A stretch of 64,000 nucleotides of DNA. Origin: Acholeplasma sp. GTDB taxonomy: Bacteria; Bacillota_I; Bacilli_A; Acholeplasmatales; UBA5453. Shown here piece after piece: positions 58,535 through 64,000 of this stretch. Positions within the stretch are counted from its first letter, which is position 1; the number at the start of each line of letters is the position of its first letter. The notes under the pieces are model-generated. The model saw only the letters and a program-made list of their open reading frames with translations, searched no databases and was not told where the DNA came from. Both the position numbers and the translations under genes were made by a program. Location: the NCBI GenBank assembly GCA_036677365.1, contig JAVBWN010000003.1:1-64000 (forward strand), given 5' to 3'.

Positions 58535-60055
58535 ATGACCTTTGACGTAAGAACACTATTTCTAGCGAATATGATCATTTATGGTATCAATATCTTCGCC
58601 ATCGCTCTGCTTTGGCAAAACAACGCAAACCGCTATAAAGGCCTTTTCCAATGGATGATCTCCATTGTTTTGGTGTTTATCGGTAACCTGCTCATCGTTT
58701 TCAGGGGAACCATACCTGATTTCTTTTCAATTTGGTTGGCCAATGTCATCATCATGTTTGCTTTTCAAATCAATGTGTATGGCTTGGTCCGATTCTTCTT
58801 GTTGCGTTATAGAAAGTTTTACCACATACTCTTTGGATTTTTCTATGTAGCTTTATTCAGTTATTTCACCTACATTGAACCCAACCTCAATGCGAGAAAC
58901 GGTTTAATTGGCTTATTGGGCCTATTCACTTTTGGTAGTATGTTTATCTATATTCACTTTGATTTATCGGCTTATTTCAAACGTATTACACGCTCATTCG
59001 AACTTGTTCTCATTCTATTCATGATTGGTAATGTCATTCGTATTATTTATGCCATCATTGATCCAACCCACCATGAAGATATTTTTGCGAATCACCCAAG
59101 AGATGTGCTCTCGAATATTTTCGTGACCGTATTCGCCATCATTTTACCACTCGCATTCATCATTCTTGTCAATAAACGGACACTCGATGAAGTCGATGTC
59201 GAGGAAGCGAAGTTTAAGAGTGCCTTTGAAAACTCGCCAATCATCATGATCATTTCAAGATTATCCTCCGGTGAAATTTACGATGTAAATCAAGCCTTCT
59301 TAGAGACCTTTGAATTTACCAGAGACCAAGTGATTGGTAAAACCACAGGTCAAATCAAGATTTGGGGTCCCGATAATACCAGAAGATTGGCCTTGTTAAA
59401 GCGGATTGAAAACAGAGAAAACATTGAACACCAAGAAATGACATTTTATAAGATGAATGGAGAACCGGTTGAAACCATTTATTCGTGTCGTGTCATCCGT
59501 ATGTTTGGTGATGATTTCTTATTGTCCACGGCCTCGGATACCACTTTATTGGGCAGAGCGAAAAGAGAACTCATTTATATCGCCACCCATGACGCTCTCA
59601 CGGGGTTACTCAATAGACACGAACTCGAGCATTACTTCCAAGAACTTAAAGAAATCTATACCAAAGAATTGAAACCATTCTCATTGATTCTAATCGACTT
59701 AGACCGCTTTAAAGCAGTCAACGACACGTATGGACACAATGTTGGTGACGATCTTTTGGTTCACATTTCCAAACGTTTATCACTCATATTTAAAGACCAC
59801 TTTGTGGCACGACTTGGTGGCGATGAATTCATCATTCTCTTAAAGAATATGAGTCAAGAAACCGAGATCATTAAATTCATGATTAAAACCAGAAATGAGA
59901 TTACAAGCATGAAAGCGATTAATGATAAACCAATCGATATTGGCGCATCCATAGGATTCTCCATCTATCCAAAAGATGGCTTATACCTAGAAGATTTGGT
60001 CCGTCAAGCCGATAAGATGATGTATAAAGAAAAGGATTCGAAACGACGCGTATGA
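58535..60055 (+). CDS. 7TM-PAS-GGDEF diguanylate cyclase
   Basis: About 7 TM segments, PAS (VNQAF...GKT), DALTGL, GGDEF. Confidence 0.92.
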   Translation: MTFDVRTLFLANMIIYGINIFAIALLWQNNANRYKGLFQWMISIVLVFIGNLLIVFRGTIPDFFSIWLANVIIMFAFQINVYGLVRFFLLRYRKFYHILFGFFYVALFSYFTYIEPNLNARNGLIGLLGLFTFGSMFIYIHFDLSAYFKRITRSFELVLILFMIGNVIRIIYAIIDPTHHEDIFANHPRDVLSNIFVTVFAIILPLAFIILVNKRTLDEVDVEEAKFKSAFENSPIIMIISRLSSGEIYDVNQAFLETFEFTRDQVIGKTTGQIKIWGPDNTRRLALLKRIENRENIEHQEMTFYKMNGEPVETIYSCRVIRMFGDDFLLSTASDTTLLGRAKRELIYIATHDALTGLLNRHELEHYFQELKEIYTKELKPFSLILIDLDRFKAVNDTYGHNVGDDLLVHISKRLSLIFKDHFVARLGGDEFIILLKNMSQETEIIKFMIKTRNEITSMKAINDKPIDIGASIGFSIYPKDGLYLEDLVRQADKMMYKEKDSKRRV

Positions 60056-61299
60056 ACCACGTATATACCATTAATGACATCGTTATCGATGCGAAAAAGC
60101 AATATCAAACATTGATTCATCTGGTGGAAACAAATCAAAACAAACCATTTTTGTATACAGGTAGAGATGAAAACTGTCGTGATGTCTTATATCATTTGTA
60201 TGGTTGGCATATCATCTTGTTAGAATTGGTTAAAAAAAACCCAAAAAGTCCATTCGAATTGAGACCAGGCTTTACCTGGAAAACACTTGAGCAGTTGAAC
60301 TATACCATCAAAAAAGAAACCGAGGCGTTTGATTTATCCACGGTATTATCGATGATTGAACAAACACACCAGGCAATATTATCCTGGGTTCAAACCCTAT
60401 CAGATGCTTTATTGAATGACCCAAACGTATACCCGTTTACCGCACCTTCTAACTTAGGTGAGTTTGTCCATGAATGTATGGGTGGTCATTATGCTTGGGC
60501 AATCCAATCGATCCAATTTCATTTGGGCGATGATGACATCAGACCTTTATTTGAACGGTTCAAAACCATACCAGAGGTAGAAGCCATTGTCTTGGGTGGG
60601 TCTAGAGGTAAACAACAAGGCGATGAGTTGTCAGATTACGATATTTATGTCTATACGACCAAACCAATCGATGTCGAAATTAGAAAGAAAATCATCAATC
60701 CATCTGTCAGTTTGATGGAATACAACCACCAATTCTTTGAAACAGAGGATGATGGCATCCTAAACAACGGGGTTGGGATTGAATTCATTTATCGAAACTT
60801 AGCGGATTTTAAGTCGATGATGGTTCGGTTATTTGAAGGCCAGGTCAACCGTGGCTACAGCACTTGTTTCTTGGACAATTTACTGACCACAAAAATCATT
60901 TACGACCCAAAAGGCGCTTACAAGCTTTTACAAGATACCTATCGATTCAAAGATAAAACAGCCCTCTATCAACAAGTCATCCAACAAAATATCCCACTGT
61001 TATATGGGACCCAACCAAACTATGTAGATCAAATTGAAAAAGCAGTCAAACGGGGTGACATCGTCGCGATCAATCACCGCTTAACTGAGTATTTCAGTTT
61101 ATTCTTCGATACCTTGTTCGCCATCAACAGGATCAATCACCCAGGTGAAAAGCGGATGTTAGAAAAGGCACTCACCTTACCAAAACAACCGAAAAACCTC
61201 AAAGAAATCATGAAAAAAATCTTGAATAACCCTACTTCAGGGTTGTACATGGATGATTTAAAAGCACTCACTATCAACTTGATTTCCCTATCCAAATAG
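60052..61299 (+). CDS. ClbS/DfsB (DinB-like) domain fused to a Pol-beta nucleotidyltransferase (DUF4037-like)
   Basis: N-terminal RD...RDVLYHLYGWH...F.WK...HYAWA; C-terminal LGGSRG....DELSDYD and NHPGEKR. Confidence 0.75.
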   Translation: MNHVYTINDIVIDAKKQYQTLIHLVETNQNKPFLYTGRDENCRDVLYHLYGWHIILLELVKKNPKSPFELRPGFTWKTLEQLNYTIKKETEAFDLSTVLSMIEQTHQAILSWVQTLSDALLNDPNVYPFTAPSNLGEFVHECMGGHYAWAIQSIQFHLGDDDIRPLFERFKTIPEVEAIVLGGSRGKQQGDELSDYDIYVYTTKPIDVEIRKKIINPSVSLMEYNHQFFETEDDGILNNGVGIEFIYRNLADFKSMMVRLFEGQVNRGYSTCFLDNLLTTKIIYDPKGAYKLLQDTYRFKDKTALYQQVIQQNIPLLYGTQPNYVDQIEKAVKRGDIVAINHRLTEYFSLFFDTLFAINRINHPGEKRMLEKALTLPKQPKNLKEIMKKILNNPTSGLYMDDLKALTINLISLSK

Positions 61300-61514
61300 A
61301 AGAACCCGACAGGGTTTTTCTTTTGTTATGAAGAATTAATAATTTTAGAATATGGCTTTAAAAAGCGATTTAAAAACAGTTTGAAAATCAAATAGTTGGA
61401 AATTCAAAATAAATTGTCAAAAAATGCTTTGAAGTTCTAAATAAATGTGTTACAATGAGCGTGGTCTGTCTAATTGGACAGGGAGTTAACGTGAAAGGGG
61501 GATCTTTCAAAGAT

Positions 61515-61979
61515 ATGAATAAATCACTGTTACTCAAAGTTTCAAAATCCGTTTTACTGGGCTTATTTGCGTTAGGTTACTTTTTACCTTTCGTAGTAGG
61601 TAAGGCTATGGGGGCTGACTATAGCGATTCGCTATGGAACGTTCAAGATTTCGCAACCCGCTTAGGTAGTTCTTCAGATTCACCATTACTATTGGTGGTA
61701 TTGGCATTATTGGTTAGCGTCGCTGCTGTGGTTGTATTCTTCTATAAAGAATCACTCAGCAGATATGTTCACCTCGCTGCTGTGGTTGTGGGTTTAGGTG
61801 TTGTCTTATATGTTTATTATCAAGTATTCATTGACAAATCGGCTGCATTAGAAGGTGCGATTGGTGCTGGTTTTGTGACCATGAGCTTAGGTTTAGGCGT
61901 TTATCTACAAATCGTATTTGCTTTACTATCTGTAGTCTTAGAATTCTTAGGCGAAAAAGTATTCTCCTTCTTAAAATAG
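61515..61979 (+). CDS. Hypothetical membrane protein
   Basis: 4 TM segments. Confidence 0.7.
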   Translation: MNKSLLLKVSKSVLLGLFALGYFLPFVVGKAMGADYSDSLWNVQDFATRLGSSSDSPLLLVVLALLVSVAAVVVFFYKESLSRYVHLAAVVVGLGVVLYVYYQVFIDKSAALEGAIGAGFVTMSLGLGVYLQIVFALLSVVLEFLGEKVFSFLK

Positions 61980-61991
61980 TTCACTCCAACA

Positions 61992-62022
61992 AAAAAGGAA
62001 CCTTCAAAAGTTCCTTTTTTTT
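61992..62022. terminator. Bidirectional terminator
   Basis: AAAAAGGAAC-N9-GTTCCTTTTT between convergent genes. Confidence 0.75.
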
Positions 62023-62028
62023 GATTAA

Positions 62029-62841
62029 TTAGGCTGGAATGACGGACCCACCATACGTTTGTGTGATGAAATCTTTCACCGCTTGGCTATTTAAAATTTC
62101 AGCTAGCGCTTTGATTTTCGCCGATTCTAACAATGAAGATTTCACTGCTAAAATGTTGACATATGGGTTGTTTCCTGTAGACTCAATGAAAATCGAATCT
62201 TCAAGTGGGTTTAAATTACCTTCTAAAGCATAGTTGGAGTTGATGATGTACAAATCCGCTTCTTTGGCGTTATATGCAGAAATCAAGAAGTCTGGTGCGA
62301 CATTCGCACGGATGACTAAGTTCTTTGGATTGGAAACAATGACTTCACTGAAGTTGATGGAAGATGCTAAAATATCAAAATTTTCAGACAACCCAATCAA
62401 ACCGGCTTGAGCGAGTAAGTTCAATGCTCTACCATGGTCTGAGGTCGAATTAGACAGTAATACCGTCGCGCCATCTGGGATATTTGATAATGACGTGATG
62501 GTGTTGGCGTATAAGCCAATGGGTTCAATGTGGACATAAGAAGCAATGACCAAAGTTTTGTTTGGGTTTTCGGTGTTGTATTTATTTAAGAAAGGGACAT
62601 GTTGGAAAAAGTTCGCATCTGCATCCCCAGCAGCCACCGCTGGGTTAGGGAAATAATAATCGGATGTGATGATGACTTCTAGGTTATAGCCGCGTTCTTT
62701 TAATAATGGTCGCGCAAACTCTAAGATTTCTGCGTGTGGGATCGATGTCGCGATGACCTTGATGGTTTTTTCTGAATTGTTGCATGCTGCTAGGGTGAAA
62801 CTTGTCAATAATACGACAAGCAACGTGATGATTTTTTTCAT
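62029..62841 (-). CDS. metQ: Methionine ABC transporter substrate-binding lipoprotein
   Basis: Lipobox LAAC; PHAEIL, DANFFQHVPFL, HIEP. Confidence 0.92.
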   Translation of the reverse strand: MKKIITLLVVLLTSFTLAACNNSEKTIKVIATSIPHAEILEFARPLLKERGYNLEVIITSDYYFPNPAVAAGDADANFFQHVPFLNKYNTENPNKTLVIASYVHIEPIGLYANTITSLSNIPDGATVLLSNSTSDHGRALNLLAQAGLIGLSENFDILASSINFSEVIVSNPKNLVIRANVAPDFLISAYNAKEADLYIINSNYALEGNLNPLEDSIFIESTGNNPYVNILAVKSSLLESAKIKALAEILNSQAVKDFITQTYGGSVIPA

Positions 62842-62855
62842 GAGAATCTCCTTTT

Positions 62856-63521
62856 TTATTGATGGTTTAATTTTTTAGATAAATAATCCCCAGTGATCTG
62901 GATGATGAATACGAGTAATAAAATGGTGAAGATGGCTAGATACATCAAGGTGTAATTGTTGCCAAACTTTCCATTTTCATACGCAAGAAATGCGAGTCCA
63001 CCGGCACCGATGACGGCAGCAGCGGACATGAAGCCGACCAAAGTCACTAAAGTCAATGTGAACCCAGACACCAATGGGCTTAAGGCTTCTGTAAATACGA
63101 TTTTAATGAGGGTCCATTTGGATGCACCCATCGATTTTAATGCTTCTAAGGTATTTTCACTGACCGATTTTAAAGCATTATTGACAACACGAGCGAAAAA
63201 CGGGGATGCCGATACAATGAGTGCTGGCAGGGCACCTTTAGCCCCCAACATCGTACCCACCAACGCACGGGTCAATGGAATCATCATGATGAGTAAAATG
63301 ATGAATGGAATCGAACGCGCGATGTCATTGATCGTCGATAGAACTCGATAAGCAAGGGTTCTATATAAGCTGGGTTTAATGATCGTATCATTGGCTAAGA
63401 TATAGATCAAAAACCCAAGAATCAGGCCAATCACTAAGACAAACGCACCTGTTCCAAAGGTTAAGAACAAGGTTTCATACAATGCCTTTAAAAACTGGTT
63501 CCAATCATGACTACTGAGCAT
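62856..63521 (-). CDS. metI: Methionine ABC transporter permease
   Basis: RSIPFIIL, PFFAR, EA..SMGA, IGAGGL. Confidence 0.92.
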   Translation of the reverse strand: MLSSHDWNQFLKALYETLFLTFGTGAFVLVIGLILGFLIYILANDTIIKPSLYRTLAYRVLSTINDIARSIPFIILLIMMIPLTRALVGTMLGAKGALPALIVSASPFFARVVNNALKSVSENTLEALKSMGASKWTLIKIVFTEALSPLVSGFTLTLVTLVGFMSAAAVIGAGGLAFLAYENGKFGNNYTLMYLAIFTILLLVFIIQITGDYLSKKLNHQ

Positions 63522-64000
63522 AGAGGTTCACCTCCACGTTGTGTGCTTTTAAATAAGCAATGGCTTCACTGGTTTGCTTACCGAAGAATTGAACGTATAA
63601 GAAGCCAATGGTTTCAGATTTCAATGCTAAAGTTTTAGCGTATTTGATATTGACATCGATGTTATATTGCTTGATACAATCGGAAAGAATCGTATCGTCA
63701 CTATTTTTATGGTTATAAACCAATTCATAAACCATCGACTCGGTGGTTTCATATTTGAAGGTTTGTAATAAGGATTTCGCAACCAACGATGTTGGATGGA
63801 TGAATAAGTGCTTGATTGGGGTATCCTCGACAATGCGACCTTGATCCATCACCACCACACGGTCACACAACGCTTTAACCACTTCAATTTGGTGGGTGAT
63901 GAAGATGATGGTAACACCTGTTTTTTCATGAATTTGTTTAAGTAAATCTAAAATATCTGTGGCTGTCTTTTGATCCAAAGCAGACGTTGCTTCGTCACAA
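63511..64000 (-). CDS. metN: Methionine ABC ATPase, C-terminal part with NIL domain; runs off the window end
   Basis: CDEATSALD Walker B/D-loop at the window edge; ITHQ H-loop. Confidence 0.9.
   Translation of the reverse strand, partial: CDEATSALDQKTATDILDLLKQIHEKTGVTIIFITHQIEVVKALCDRVVVMDQGRIVEDTPIKHLFIHPTSLVAKSLLQTFKYETTESMVYELVYNHKNSDDTILSDCIKQYNIDVNIKYAKTLALKSETIGFLYVQFFGKQTSEAIAYLKAHNVEVNLYAQ

Noticed and set aside
3007-63833. Many short antisense or alternate-frame ORFs in the track (e.g. 8206-8427, 16811-17152, 21126-21503, 43456-43689, 62956-63351)
   Set aside because: They overlap well-supported genes and lack recognisable motifs, so they are shadow ORFs.
1-64000. CRISPR array, rRNA or tRNA genes
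   Set aside because: I saw no regularly spaced repeat-spacer units and no recognisable tRNA or rRNA sequence in the intergenic regions.

Overview
This 64 kb window is AT-rich bacterial chromosome using the standard code (TGA = stop). Gene content and style suggest a wall-less Acholeplasmataceae/Firmicutes-related organism (inference). It opens in the 3' end of an IS200/IS605-family tnpB element whose right end (omega-RNA region, ...GGGTAGTTCAC at 173) sits inside the 5' end of an AAA+ ATPase gene. Most of the window is housekeeping or accessory metabolism: fur, plsC-like, nadD-nadE-mnmA-MFS-recD2, a five-FAS1 lipoprotein, an ars-like pair, three GGDEF proteins, GH5/GH30 glucanases, Leu dehydrogenase plus 2-oxoacid:ferredoxin oxidoreductase, several ABC systems, hsp20 with CIRCE, and metNIQ. 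The standout is a compositionally foreign, tightly coupled five-gene operon (26757-33276): Sau3AI-like C5 methyltransferase, an apparently non-catalytic single Sau3AI/MutH domain, a ParB-like protein, a PLD-nuclease/SNF2-helicase fusion and an unknown ORF. It looks like an atypical restriction-modification-based defence system. Also notable are two candidate leader-peptide attenuators, a 69-bp IS3-like MITE inserted in a terminator, and a gene flanked by a duplicated terminator. All family assignments come from recognised motifs; no database searches were run.
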